Positions 14,683 to 29,130 of a stretch of DNA of 64,000 bases are shown piece after piece. A model generated the notes under the pieces. It ran no database searches, was not told the origin of the DNA, and saw only the letters and a program-made list of their open reading frames with translations. The position numbers were made by a program, and so were the translations under genes. Positions within the stretch are counted from its first letter, which is position 1; each line of letters begins with the position of its first letter. Source of the DNA: Octopus vulgaris (lineage: Eukaryota); contig OX597815.1 in assembly GCA_951406725.2 (NCBI GenBank), forward strand, positions 2,170,001 to 2,234,000. The letters are read 5' to 3'.

Positions 14683-15669
14683 ATATAGAAAGAATTTGTG
14701 GAAGATAGGGAGCAATGAACAAGGTAACGATATAGGCAACATAGAGATAGGAGCAGCAGATACAGGCAACAGACTAGCAATTGACAGGCAACAAATAACA
14801 GGCAAAATCCTATAACAGGCAGAAGAGAAGGAACTAAAGTATGAAAGGGAAGCGAAATAGAAAGAGAAGGAAGAAGATATGAGATGACATTAGCTCTGGA
14901 AATATAGACGTGGACGTTTGTGGAAACGGTAGAATATAGAAGCAACACAGTTGAAACAAGTAAATATTAAGTTATAAACAGAATCAGTTAGGTAAGAAGT
15001 AATAAAACGAGGCGATTAGGTAGCAACGATCAGAAGATGTCGAGTAATAAACTTGTTACTGGCAAAATGGCTGAAGATATGAGGTAATAAAGAGTGAGTA
15101 ATATGTGGATATCAAGCAATAAGCAGACGACATATTTGGAAGAGGCAGATGTTAGATAATACAGGTCAGTAACGCGTACGGTTCTCAGGTAAAACTGAGC
15201 AAACATCCTATCAGCATATGCATATGGATCGATACACATGAGCAGGTGAGACAGAGGTGTGTAGATGATAGGTGAAGAATAAAAGAAGGGAAGAAGAAAG
15301 AAAATGGTAAATGAAAAAGAGCAGCCACAGAAAATAAAGAGACGTGTTTAGGAGGCCATAACCACCACGATACTTGCCTCAGTCTCCTACGTATTCTGTT
15401 ATTACCTATTTTTCGAACCGCTATGTTAAAGGAGATAAAAGAGAAATTATATAAACATATTTTAGATTATGCAGTTCTATATTTAAGAGAGGAGGAATTG
15501 TGTACATTATTTACATTATTTACATTTGACGGATATTTGTTCTCATCTTGTTTGTTGTTAACACAACGTCTCAGCTCATATATACCCTCCAGTTTTCATC
15601 ATATGGTGGTGCTCCAGCATGACTGCCGTCGCATGGCTGAAACGAGTAAAAGAGTAAAAGAGTAAAGAG

Positions 15670-15823
<154 letters not shown>

Positions 15824-15840
15824 GTTGTATGTTTGTCTGT

Positions 15841-15878
<38 letters not shown>

Positions 15879-15881
<3 letters not shown>

Positions 15882-16475
15882 CTCCCCATACCCCACATAC
15901 CTCATCTCTAACCCCACCCTCTACCTACCCACAACCCCCACTCTACCCCAACCTCCAACCGAACCCACACTCCACCTGTGCTTTCCGCACTCTCGCTTCC
16001 CCCACCTCCCCACAACATCACACCACACTACACTACACCATACAACATTACATATCACATCACAACACACCACCCACACACCCATCCCCACATCTCCACA
16101 CCCACACATACATAGACACACATGTCCAGAGCACCAGCCCTCTTTCACACGTACATACATACTCTCTTATACACACACGCACCTTTGTGTTGGAGGTACC
16201 TTCGTATTGGAAGTCATTTGACCCTGTTATCTCCCCTTCTGTCCCTCTTGCGTCTGACCACTGTCCGAAGTCAGGAAGCCATGATAGATCGTTAGCTCCT
16301 ACACGCATTTCTTTCCCTCCTTGTTTCTCTCCTAGTTTTTTTCTGTGTATCTTTCTGTTAAAGAGCGTAGGCTCGAAACCTAAAAGACTTTTTCTATTCC
16401 TGAGCGCTATACTAATACATTTGTTTGTTTGTACTCCACCTGCCTTCGTCTTTTGTTTATTTTCGTAAACTTTCC

Positions 16476-16478
<3 letters not shown>
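15879..16478 (+). mobile_element. PLE 3' tail plus H1 hammerhead cassette (degenerate motif 16350-16387)
   Basis: The C/A-rich part loosely resembles the reverse complement of 1290-1450. It is followed by tcttt-CTGTTAA-agagcgtaggctc-GAAAC-CTA-aaaga; (TA)n on both sides. Confidence 0.65.
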
Positions 16479-16551
<73 letters not shown>

Positions 16552-16708
16552 ATATATATATATACATATATACATACATACACACATTCACTCACCTTTC
16601 GAAACGTTTGTAGTGCTTGACTACTTCTATTCCTCTTTCATTCACACAACTATCGTATAATAAGCAACATTTGTTCCCTTCGAACTGGGACGAAGTGTAT
16701 CGATTAAT

Positions 16709-16754
<46 letters not shown>

Positions 16755-16795
16755 GCACACACACACACACACACATACACACACACACACACATA

Positions 16796-16946
16796 GGCGC
16801 AGGCATGGCTGTGTGCTTCCCAACCACATGGGTCCAGGCTCAGTCCCACTGCGTGGCATTTTGGGCAAGTGTCTCCTACTATAGCCAAAGGTCGACTAAC
16901 GTCATATGAGTGGATTTGGTAAACAGAAACTGAAAGAAGCCCGTCG
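16796..16946 (+). mobile_element. SINE family A, 5' half
   Basis: Head through GAAGCCCGTCG, ending at the internal (TA)n where Helitron sequence begins. Confidence 0.8.
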
Positions 16947-16960
16947 TATATATATATATG

Positions 16961-17555
16961 TATATATATATAAAGGGTAGTTTGTCTGTCTGTGTGTCTG
17001 TCAGGTTGTACCCTGACCCTGACCACGGCTTTCAACCGATTCTGATGAAACTTGACACACACATAGCCCAATGTCATAATTCAAAACTAACGCAGCGAAA
17101 ATCAGTTCTGAAAAAAAACGATAAATTCGACATGGGGTCGAGAATCTAAGGTTTTTTATTTGCAACACATTTTCTGTTGTAGTTTTCGCAACTTGCAATC
17201 GATTTTCACCAAACTCATGGTGAAGCTTAATGTTACCCCAACAAACTTAATTCTGACGTTAGTTTTCCATGCAATACCTTACCATCAGAAAAAATCGATA
17301 AAATCATGCCATTTTGGGAAATCGCGTTAAAATTCAAGATGACATATTTTCGACAATATCTTTCACAAATTGGCAGGAATTTTTTTTTAAATTCACAGCG
17401 TGCATCATGTCTGGTCCAAGGAGATATATGGCCCTTTTTATTCCAATATGATACTTTATTACTGGAGAAAATCGGTTAATTAAATCATATGTGGCACACA
17501 TAGCAAACCGATTTGTGTATTAAACACAAACCACAGACTGTCTAGGGGACGCAAT
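16961..17555 (+). mobile_element. Helitron 5' portion (longer variant, no local 3' CTAG end)
   Basis: TATATAAAGGGTAGTTTGTCTG...GACCACGGCTTTCAACCGATTCTGATGAAAC matches 24285-24490; CCACAGACTGTCTAGGGGACGCAA at about 17531 matches about 24500. Confidence 0.75.
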
Positions 17556-17890
17556 TGGTTGGGTTGAATTATCGATAGCTGTTTGATAGTTATTTGGGAG
17601 TGAAGAGAAGACATTGCAACCTACACATGCGCCATCGTTCCCTAGATTGGGATTATTTCCTTATGTGTTTACGGATGGTTGAATTTTGTGTGTGTGTGTG
17701 TGTGTATACATATATGTGGGGGTGTGCGTATGTGTGTATATATGGCGGGGGGGGGGGGCATGTGTAGGCTTTCATATTACATGCAGCTTACGTCAGTTGT
17801 TCATGTATACAAAGTTGCATTAAACACACACATGTATGTATGCATGGAAAAATGTGTGTGTGAGTATAATATATATGTTTGTGTGTGTAA

Positions 17891-17931
<41 letters not shown>

Positions 17932-17934
<3 letters not shown>

Positions 17935-18019
17935 CTTCTAATATTCATACGCATCTTAGAATATATGAATATATATCTATATACACATATATATATATAT
18001 ATCTCCATATCTCTCTATC

Positions 18020-18053
<34 letters not shown>

Positions 18054-18185
18054 GTGTGTATGTATATATATATAATATATATATATATATATTTCTTCTA
18101 ATATTCATACGCATCTTTGAATATATGAATATATATCTATATACACACATATATATATATATATATCTCCATATATCTCTCTCAT
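17932..18185. repeat. Local tandem duplication (period about 160 bp) in a TA-rich tract
   Basis: TTTCTTCTAATATTCATACGCATCTT at 17932 and 18092. Confidence 0.85.
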
Positions 18186-18206
18186 ATATATATGTATATA
18201 TATATG

Positions 18207-18241
<35 letters not shown>

Positions 18242-18261
18242 TTGTGTATATATATATATAT

Positions 18262-18445
18262 CAAAATGTGACCTTGGGTGTACCGTTGGCGATTTTTTCC
18301 CTCTGTCTTCCCTTCTCTGGATCTTTCTTTCTCCTATGTTTCCGACGAAGAGCTCCGCTCGAAACGTTAAACCCTCCTTCTTTCCTTCTTTCCTGAGGGT
18401 CCAATAATACTATATTTGCTCCACGTCCTCGCGTTGTTGTGTTTT
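18262..18445 (+). mobile_element. Short hammerhead cassette, family H2; motif 18338-18372
   Basis: gttt-CCGACGA-agagc-tcc-gctc-GAAAC-GTT-aaac; (TA)n flanks; homologous to 49108-49310. Confidence 0.7.
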
Positions 18446-18723
18446 TATATATGTATAAATATATATATCATTACAGATATAGGGTGAAATATAATTATTT
18501 TAATAAAATCAACAAATTTCACCTAGTAGTATTTCGGTATGGAAAAAGATCATATTCGGTGAAAAACTTATATAATTATAATAATAAGGGTTTTTGCAAC
18601 AAGTTGCTTGACCACATACACAAAATTTTAGAAATAGCAGCCAAAGGGCTATTATATAGTAGTAAGTTTGCCTTTTTATTGTCTTCAAAAGTTTGTGTTT
18701 GGATAATATTTTTTATGTAAAAG

Positions 18724-19011
18724 TTGTGCAACAACTAATAAATACAAAATACATTCGGTTGTGCCAATTCTTTGCACGGGAAACCTGCCTTTGTGTGGCG
18801 TGTTTCCCCATTTTGTAAATTCGTCTTCGGCTTTCCTCGCCATTCTCTGCTTTGAGCATGGCGACTTCAAAGCCATGAAGTCGTTCTTCGAGAAGAACGG
18901 TGGTCTCCTTGGCAACGCTTACGACGTGTGTTTTCCCTATCCTCCCCTTCCCCACAGTTTATCGAGGGAGGGAAAGAAGGGGAGGAGCAAGACAGGTGCA
19001 GGTGCGAGCAT
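18724..19011. repeat. Module of about 285 bp, direct repeat of 23986-24266 and reverse-strand homolog of the Helitron interior 50250-50460
   Basis: Near-identical sequence AAATACATTCGGTTGTGCC...GGTGCAGGTGCGAGCAT at both sites. Confidence 0.9.
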
Positions 19012-19061
19012 GGACGCCGACACACGAAGAATTGGAAGAACCCAGACGACAGCTTCACAGT

Positions 19062-22000
19062 CAAACGACTACTACGGACAACTCTGCCACGACCATCACC
19101 ACGACCACCACGACCACCATCACGACCACCATCACCACCACAACCACCACCATCACCACCACCATCACCACCACCATCGCCGCAACCATCACCACCACCA
19201 TCGCTGCCAACACCACGACCACCATCACCACCACCATCACCACCACCATCGCCGCAAGCACCACCACCACCACCAACGCCGCCACTACCAACACCACCAC
19301 CTCCATCACCACCACCATCACCACCATCACCAACTCCACCACCACCACCAACACCATCACCACCACCATCGCCGCAAGCACCACCACCACCACCAACGCC
19401 GCCACTACCATCACCACCACCTCCATCACCACCACCATCACCACCATCACCAACTCCACCACCACAATCACCACCAACTCCACCACCACCACTATCTCCA
19501 CCGCCACCACCCCCACACCACCATCATCACCACCACCACCCCCATCACCAACTCCACAACCACCACCACCACCACCACCACCACCACACCACCACCACCA
19601 TCACCACCATCACCACCACCAACTCCACCACCACCATCACAACCACCACCATCACAACCGACACACGAAGAATTGGAAGAACCCAGACGACAGCTTCACA
19701 GTGAACCACTACTACGGACAACTCTGCCACGACGACCACCACCACGACGACCATGACCACAACGACCACCATCACCACCACCACCACCACCATCACCACC
19801 ACCATCACCACCACCATAGCCGCCACCATCACCACCACCATCGCTGCCACCACCACCACCGTCATCACCACCACCATCACCACCACCATCGCCGCCAGCA
19901 ACACCACCACCACCAACGCCGCCACCACCACCACCACAACCACCACCACCATCAGCATCACCACCATCACCACCATCACCAACTCCACCACCACCACCAT
20001 CACCACCACCAACTCCACCACCAAAACCACCACCAACTCCACCACCACTACCATCTCCACCGCCACCACTACCACCACCACCATCATCACCACCACCATC
20101 ACCACCACCACCATCACCACCACCAACTCCACCACCACCACCACCACTAACTGCACCACCACCATCACCAACTCCACCACCACCAACACCACCATCACCA
20201 CCACCAACTCCACCACCACCACCAACACCAACTCCACCAACAACACCACCAGTACCATCACCACCACCAACTCCACCACCACTACCACGACCAACTCCAC
20301 CACCACCACCATCACCACCACCATCGCCAAAACCACCACCACCACCACCACAACCACTACCAACGCCGCCACCACCACCACCACCACCATCACCACCACT
20401 ACCACCACCATCACCACCACCACAACCATCATCAACTCCACCATCACCATCACCACCACCACCACCACCACCATCACCACCACCACCATCACCACCATCA
20501 CCACCACCACCAGCATCATCACCACCACCAACTCCACCACTACCACCATCACCAACTCCACCACCACCACCATCACCACCACTACCACCATCACCACCAT
20601 CACCAACTCCACCACCACAACAACCACCATCACCACCACCAACTCCACAACCACAACCACCACCAACTCCACCACCACCACCGCCACCACCACCAAAATC
20701 ACCACCACCACCATCATCACCAACTCCACCACCACCACCATTCACCACCACCACCATCACCACCACCACCATAACCACCATCACCACCACCACCATCACC
20801 ACCACCACCACCACCACCATCACCACCACCAACACCACAATCACCACCATTACCACCACCACCACCACCACCACCACCATCACCACCACCAACACCACCA
20901 CCATCATCACCACCACCAACTCCACCACCACCACCACCACCAACTCCACCACCACCACCACCACCACCACCACCAACTGCACCACCACCATCACCAACTC
21001 CACCACCACCACCACCATCACCACCTCCAACACCACCACCACCACCACCACCAACTCCACCACCACTACCACCACCAACTCCACCAACACCACCATCACC
21101 ACCACCATCGCCACCACCACCACCACCACGACCACTACCAACGCCGCAACCACCACCACCACCACCATCACCACCACCACTACCACCACCATCACCACCA
21201 CCACCACCATCATCAACTCCACCATCACCATCACCACCACCACCACTACCACCATCACCACCACCACCACCACCACCACCACCACCACCACCACCACCAC
21301 ATCACCACCACCAACTCCACCACCACCACCAACAACAACTCCACCACCACCACCACCACCATCATCACCACCAACTCCACCACCACAACCACCAACAACT
21401 CCACCACCACCACCACCACCAACTGCACCACCAACTCCACCACTACCACCACCACCAACTCCACCACCACAACCACCACCAACTCCACCACCACCACCAC
21501 CACCAACTGCACCACCACCATCACCAACTCCACCACCACCACCACCACCATCACCACCACCAACTCCACCACTACCACCACCACCATCACCACCACCACC
21601 AACACCACCACCACCACCACCACCACTCCACCACCACAACCACCACCAACTCCACCACCACCACCACCACCAACTGCACCACCACCATCACCAACTCCAC
21701 CACCACCACCACCACCATCACCACCACCAACTCCACCACCACCACCACCACCAACTCCACCACCACAACCACCACCAACTCCACCACCACCACCACCACC
21801 AACTGCACCACCACCATCACCAACTCCACCACCACCACCACCACATCACCACCACCACCAACACCACCACCACCACCACCAACAACTCCACCACCACCAC
21901 CACCACCAACTGCACCGCCACCATCACCAACTCCACCACCACCACCACCACCATCACCACCACCAACTCCACCACCACCACCACCAACAACTCCACCACC

Positions 22001-23770
22001 ACCACCACCACTACCATCACCACCACCAACTCCACCACCACTACCACCACCAACTCCACCAACACCACCATTACCACCACCATCGCCACCACCACCACCA
22101 CCACGACCACTACCAACGCCGCCACCACCACCACCACCACCATCACCATCACTACCACCACCATCACCACCACCACCACCATCATCAACTCCACCATCAC
22201 CACCACCACCATCACCACCATCACCACCACCACCACCATCATCACCACCACCAATTCCACCACCACCACCACCAACAACTCCACCACCACCACCACCACC
22301 ATCACCACCACCAACTCCACCACCACAACCACCACCAACTCCACCACCACCACCACCGCCACCACCATCACCACCATCACCACCACCATCGCCACCACCA
22401 CCATCACCACCATCACCACCACCACCATCATCACCAACTCCACCACCACCATCACCACCACCACCACCACCACCACCACCACCACCACCACCACCACCAC
22501 CACCATCACCACCACCACCATCACCACCACCACCATCACCACCACCACCATCACCACCATCACCACCACCACCATCACCACCACCACCATCACCCCCACC
22601 ATAGCCCCTCCCCACCACCCCCACCACCATCACCACCACCACCACCATCATCACCAACATCACCACCATCACCACCTCCACCACCACCACCACCACCACC
22701 ACCTTCACCACCACCACCATCACCACCATCACTACCACCACCATCACCACCACCACCACCACCACCATCATCATCACCACCATCACCAACTCCACCACCA
22801 CCACCACCACCATCACCACCATCACCACCACCACCATCACAACCACCATCACCACCACCACCACCATCATCACCACCACCATCACCACCATCACCACCAT
22901 CACCACCACCACCACCACCACGTCGACCTTCATCACCACCATCACCACCATCACCACCACCACCACCACCATCATCACCACCATCACCCCCACCACTACC
23001 ACCACCACAATCACCACCACCACCACCATCACCACCACCACCACCATCACCACCACCACCACCACCATCATCACCACCAACACCACCACCACCACCACCA
23101 CCACCACCACCACCACCACCACCACCATCACCACCGCCACCACCACCATCATCACCACCATCACCACCACCACCACCACCACCACCACCAAAACCCTCAC
23201 CACCACCACCACCACCGCCACCACCACGACCATCACCACCACCAAAACCACCACCACCACCACCACCACCACTACCACCACCACCACCACCAACTCCACA
23301 ACCACCACCATCACCACCACCATCACCACCACCATCACCACCACCACCACCACCACCACCACCACCAAAACCACCACCATCACCACCACCATCACCACCA
23401 CCACCACCACCATCACCACCACCAAAACCACCACCACCACCACCACCACCACCACCACAAACCACCACCACCATCACCACCACCAACTCCACCGCCACCA
23501 ACTCCACTACCACAACCACCACCACCACCACCACCACCAACTCTACCACCACCAACTCCACCACCACCACCACCACCACCACAAACCACCACCACCATCA
23601 CCACCACTACCACAACCACTACCACCATCACCACCACCACCACCACCACCACCACCAACTCCACCACCACCAACTCCACCACCACCACCACCACCACCAC
23701 CACCAACTCCACCACCATCACCACCACAACCACCACAACCACCACCACCACCACCATAACCAACACCACC
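19062..23770. repeat. Degenerate (CAC)n array of about 4.7 kb with higher-order repeats
   Basis: Read directly; recurrent ACCAACTCC and ACCAACGCC variants. The unique leader at 19017-19090 is repeated at 19658-19731. Confidence 0.97.
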
Positions 23771-23985
23771 AATTTCCCGTGTGTCGGCGTCCAGGCTCAC
23801 ACCTGCACCTGTGAAGCGTTGTCATGGAGACCACCGTTCTTCTCCCAAAAATTCTAAACTTCGTATTCTTGTAGAATCTGTCAAAATAAAACATTTTTTT
23901 CTCTTGGCTTTATTCAGAAAATTCTAGAGTTTCTAAGATATTTGCTGTTTTTTCTTCTGCAATTTCAACTAATCAATGACGTCTA

Positions 23986-24266
23986 TTGCGCAACAACCAA
24001 TAAATACATTCGGTTGTGCCAATTCTTTGCACGGGAAACCTGCCTTTGTGTGGCGTGTTTCCCCATTTTGTAAATTCGTCTTCGGCTTTCCTCGCCATTC
24101 TCTGCTTTGAGCATGGCGACTTCAAAGCCATGAAGTCGTTCTTCGAGAAGAACGGTGGTCTCCTTGGCAACGCTTACGACGTGTGTTTTCCCTACCCTCC
24201 CCTTCCCCACAGCTTCACGAGGGAGTGAGAGAAGGGGAGGAGAAACACAGGTGCAGGTGCGAGCAT
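23986..24266. repeat. Second copy of the 18724-19011 module
   Basis: Direct repeat, cut at GAGCAT by (TA)n and a Helitron. Confidence 0.9.
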
Positions 24267-24277
24267 ATATATATATA

Positions 24278-24662
24278 TCTCTCTCTATATAAACGGCAGT
24301 TTGTCTGTGCGTGTTTCTGTGTGTCTGTTTGCTTGTACCCTCACCCTGACCACGGCTTTCAACCGATTCTGATGAAACTTGACACACACATAGCCCAATG
24401 TCATAATTCAAAACTAACGCAGCGAAAATTTTGAAAAGTTCCCCCAGTTCTGAAAAAAATCGATAAATTCGACATGGGGTCGAGAATCAGGAATACGAAC
24501 CACAAACTGTGTAGGGGACGCAACTCTACCTTATTTAAATCTCAAAAAAAAATTTACCATCACTTTTTTCCATTTTTTTGCTATTTTTTGGCTATAACTC
24601 TCTAAAAATGCTTTATAGTTATTTCCCTTACAAACCTGAGCAACGCCGGGCGATACTGCTAG
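24278..24662 (+). mobile_element. Non-autonomous Helitron
   Basis: A|TCTCTCTCTATATAAACGG ... CCTGAGCAACGCCGGGCGATACTGCTAG|T. Confidence 0.85.
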
Positions 24663-25221
24663 TTTAGTATGAAAGATTAAGAAAATGAGAGAGACTGAAA
24701 CAACGTGTTAACGATACGAGATACTTTATTCGACTGCCGTGTTGTACAAGTTAATTGTTGAAAGTCCTTTTATGAAGGGAGACAATGGGCGACGTTGATT
24801 GTTCATGTTTGTTGTGATGATTATATAACACTTATGACGTTATATCATATAACGTTTTTTTAAACAATATTAATAGCGTTCTGTCAATCGCTATACAAAT
24901 CCATCATTTTTTGCTAAAATGTCTTATTGACGAGTTTCGTTTTTTTCACTTTCCCGAAGAGAAGATTGCATTATTTATACCATTTATTCTTTTGAATAGT
25001 ATCAGTGGAATTTTCGAAACGTATCGAAAGTAAAAATATTTGATTACACCTGCGTTAAACTCCATTTATTTATTCATATATTATTCAAAATATTCAACGT
25101 AAACACGAAGTTTCTACCTTTATAAACAAGGAGTTACAACACCTTTACTTGTGAGATTTTTGCTGCCCTGGTAACTATTTTTTTTTCCGTGTTAATTGTT
25201 AACAAGGTAAAAATACACTCA

Positions 25222-25367
<146 letters not shown>

Positions 25368-25454
25368 ATTGGCAGAGCTTGGAGAAATGAGTTTTCAGTC
25401 AAGTACATCAGTCTTGGACTCTGATCTATAAACAGAGGCCTTTAAATACCCTTT

Positions 25455-26645
25455 AAATCCACTTTCCATGCTGGCATGGGTTGGATGGGTCATTAGTATC
25501 TAAGTCATTTCTTACTGGGAGCTACAACACCCAAAGACCGGTGACTGTATGTGTTATTGGGTTTGGATGCCATTCCTATCACCAACTACTTTACAGAGTG
25601 TGCTGGGTACATTTTCTCATGGCAACCTTAATGAAATCTTATCTCACCTTGTAAGATCACTTTTAGAGGACCTCGTTATAACAAGTAACAGTGTGTGGGT
25701 TTTTATATGGTTGCTCAACCTGCTAGCAATAGTGAAATCTCCCATAAATCACACATAAATGAGAAGGACATGTTTGCCAGTCTTAAATATACAAAATAAT
25801 AGGATAGTCATGGTTAGATTGCTTTTGATTATGGGTCTTCTCAACACAGGGCTGAAATAGAGCAAAATTACAGTGAAGGAACTTCTATGTGGTTACATTA
25901 CCTGCTAAAAATAATGACCAAATCTCCCTCAAATCACATCTTGTCATCTTAAAAGAAGGATACAGTGGATAATGTAATCCTAGATATACATGTGCAAAAC
26001 AACAACAACAACAAAAAAGACAGATGGTCATGGATGGAATGCCTTTGATCCTAGGCTTTGTGGATCCAGACTGAAATTTGCACTAAACAAGGACTACGGC
26101 AACAAAACAAAAATGAAGTGGGGATGGCGACTGTTATCAGACCAACAGACTGAGCTGAAATAAATAAAGCCTCTTGCTTAGCACTCTAATACAGTGCATA
26201 TAGCAACATGTTGAAATCCATTTTTTAAAAACATTTTAGCATTTAATCCAACCATATGCATCCAATCCAAATATTGTTTTATGTTTAAAACAGCCAGAAT
26301 CGGTCTCTCACACCTACCCTACAATGTTGTTCTAAAAATAAGTAATTGCATCATTGAAATCTTGAAGCTAAGAGATAATTCAGGATTAATTCAAAACAAT
26401 AGGAATAAATAAGCATTACTTTTGACAAAATGACCAAGAACTACACACATATGTATTGATAATGTTGTTGTTTAACCCCGGGTCATGTGATCAACAATAT
26501 TTCCTGTCATGAACATCATCCCTTTTTGTATATCATGAACAACATTATTCAGTTTTATCCTTTCATTAAGGTAATAGACATGACTTTAGAGACAGTGGAG
26601 ATTTGACTGCTATTTCTAGCAGATCGGACGTCTACACAGAGTCTC
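25455..26645. repeat. Cluster of old, diverged interspersed-repeat fragments (unclassified)
   Basis: The motif CTGCTAG/AAA..ATAG/AT..CCAAATCTCCC recurs at about 25720 and 25900 and inverted at about 26600; no ORF. Confidence 0.45.
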
Positions 26646-26672
26646 TGTATTTATCTCATTGTATTGTTTACA

Positions 26673-27057
26673 TCTTTATATATAAAAGTGAAGTTGTGTG
26701 TCTGTCTCCTACGATTTAGATTCCTAACTCCTCCCACATTTTGCGGTGCAGTTTAACCAAAACCGGGTATCTTATAGTCGTGATTCATATCGAGCCCTTC
26801 TGGGTATTAGCGCGCGTCTACGATGAATCTACGATTTAAAAAAAATTTACCATCATTTTTTCTATTTTAATGCATTTTTTCGCTATTACATAAGGGAAGT
26901 AACTCTCTAAAAATGTCTACGATGAGTCAATGATTTAAAAAAAAATTACCATCATTTTTTTTCCATTTTTTTTGCTATTTTTTGGCTATAACTCTCTAAA
27001 AATGCTTATATAGTTATTTCCCTTACAAATCCGAGCAACGCCGGGCGATACTGCTAG
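26673..27057 (+). mobile_element. Non-autonomous Helitron (subfamily 2)
   Basis: A|TCTTTATATATAAAAGTG ... CCGAGCAACGCCGGGCGATACTGCTAG|T; homologous to 51438-51827. Confidence 0.85.
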
Positions 27058-27800
<743 letters not shown>

Positions 27801-29130
27801 CACTGTCTCGAACCATACGAAATTCTAGTTCGGTGCTGCATCCGCTTCGTCTCTTGTAAGAAACGATTCAACCAATGAATTGCTGTGAAACAACTTTGGA
27901 AAATATTATTAAAAACAGCCAACCAGAGTCAAGGAAATTAATATAAGGAATGTCGGTTCTATCCATTTTCAGATCTAGACAGCTTTATCACCCTGCCAGA
28001 TAATACAAATTCTCAATATACGGAATCGCAGAGTTCCTACCTATGATTTTTGGTTTTCAATATATTCTTTGCTTCACCGTTGGGAAGAAATATTTATCAG
28101 ACGAAAAGTGATTAGTGGCGTTAAATAAAAGTGATTAGCGATGATAGCAAGTTGATATCTGTTGTAAAATATAAAGATAGGGCACCTGTTTGAGTGGGTG
28201 TTTTTGCGCAAAACGTATGAGGAACTGTTTTTGTATTAGATATCAGTCACAACACTGGAATCGAAAGTGAATTCTTGCAAGACCTCCGGTGTTAGTGTCG
28301 CCTCTCCTTATTATTTCCATTAACGTAGGTGGATTTCGCTAATACTTTATTGGAAAAACGAAAGCGGCAATGATATTTACAAGAAGATTCTCTAAAATGT
28401 ACACTTGTACCAGTTCCCCACCACAAAAAAAGCAAAACAAAACAAAACAAAATAAACAAAGCGTGCTTACAGACGCTACAAGACTTTCTCATAAGCCTCT
28501 TTCTTCAACAATAATGATTTGCAAGATAATTGGACCAACTTTTCTAGTCATTAAAATGTGATATTACTTCAGCATGATATCTGTTTCTTCAGCTCATCAA
28601 ATTATTTGCGTACGAAATTGCTGGCCGAATATTAATGGTTGTAAATTCCTTGTCGATTAACTGTACTTTTAACTTTTAATAAACAAGCTCCCCAGACAGG
28701 AACAACTTCCAGCTGCAACAGATAATGTGTAATTGTCTCATGTGTTCCTTCCTTTTGATTGTAAAACAATTCGTAGTGACGCTACTTTAGCAGAGCGTTT
28801 TAATATTTGAAGTATTGTACATACGAAAGGAACTCCCAGCTTGTTGAATAGAAACCTCTTCAGCATTTCTCAAAGAAATACTTTTTTAAAAAAATTCTAT
28901 GAGAATAAATTAACTATGAAAGAAACATTCATCCGTTTTACAGTGTCTCGTTGATTGCAGAGGTGCAGCCATGCTCTATGTAGAACGAATTGACACTATC
29001 AAGAACAAAACAACAGCAAGAACAACATAAAAAACAAGTTTTCTCAGTTGGTTCTGCGTTAATTGGTGGTGGGTTTATTCGTGTTAACATTGTTAACATA
29101 TATACATACATACATAAATGCATACATACA

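Noticed and set aside
18514-18566. Additional hammerhead-like remnants here and at about 31230-31300 and 49460-49535
   Set aside because: The core or the stems do not fit cleanly, so they were not counted.
19753-23814. 1353-aa Thr/His/Pro ORF resembling a mucin or extensin
   Set aside because: It is a by-product of a stop-free (CAC)n array: it drifts between frames, has no signal peptide, and overlapping long ORFs occur on both strands.
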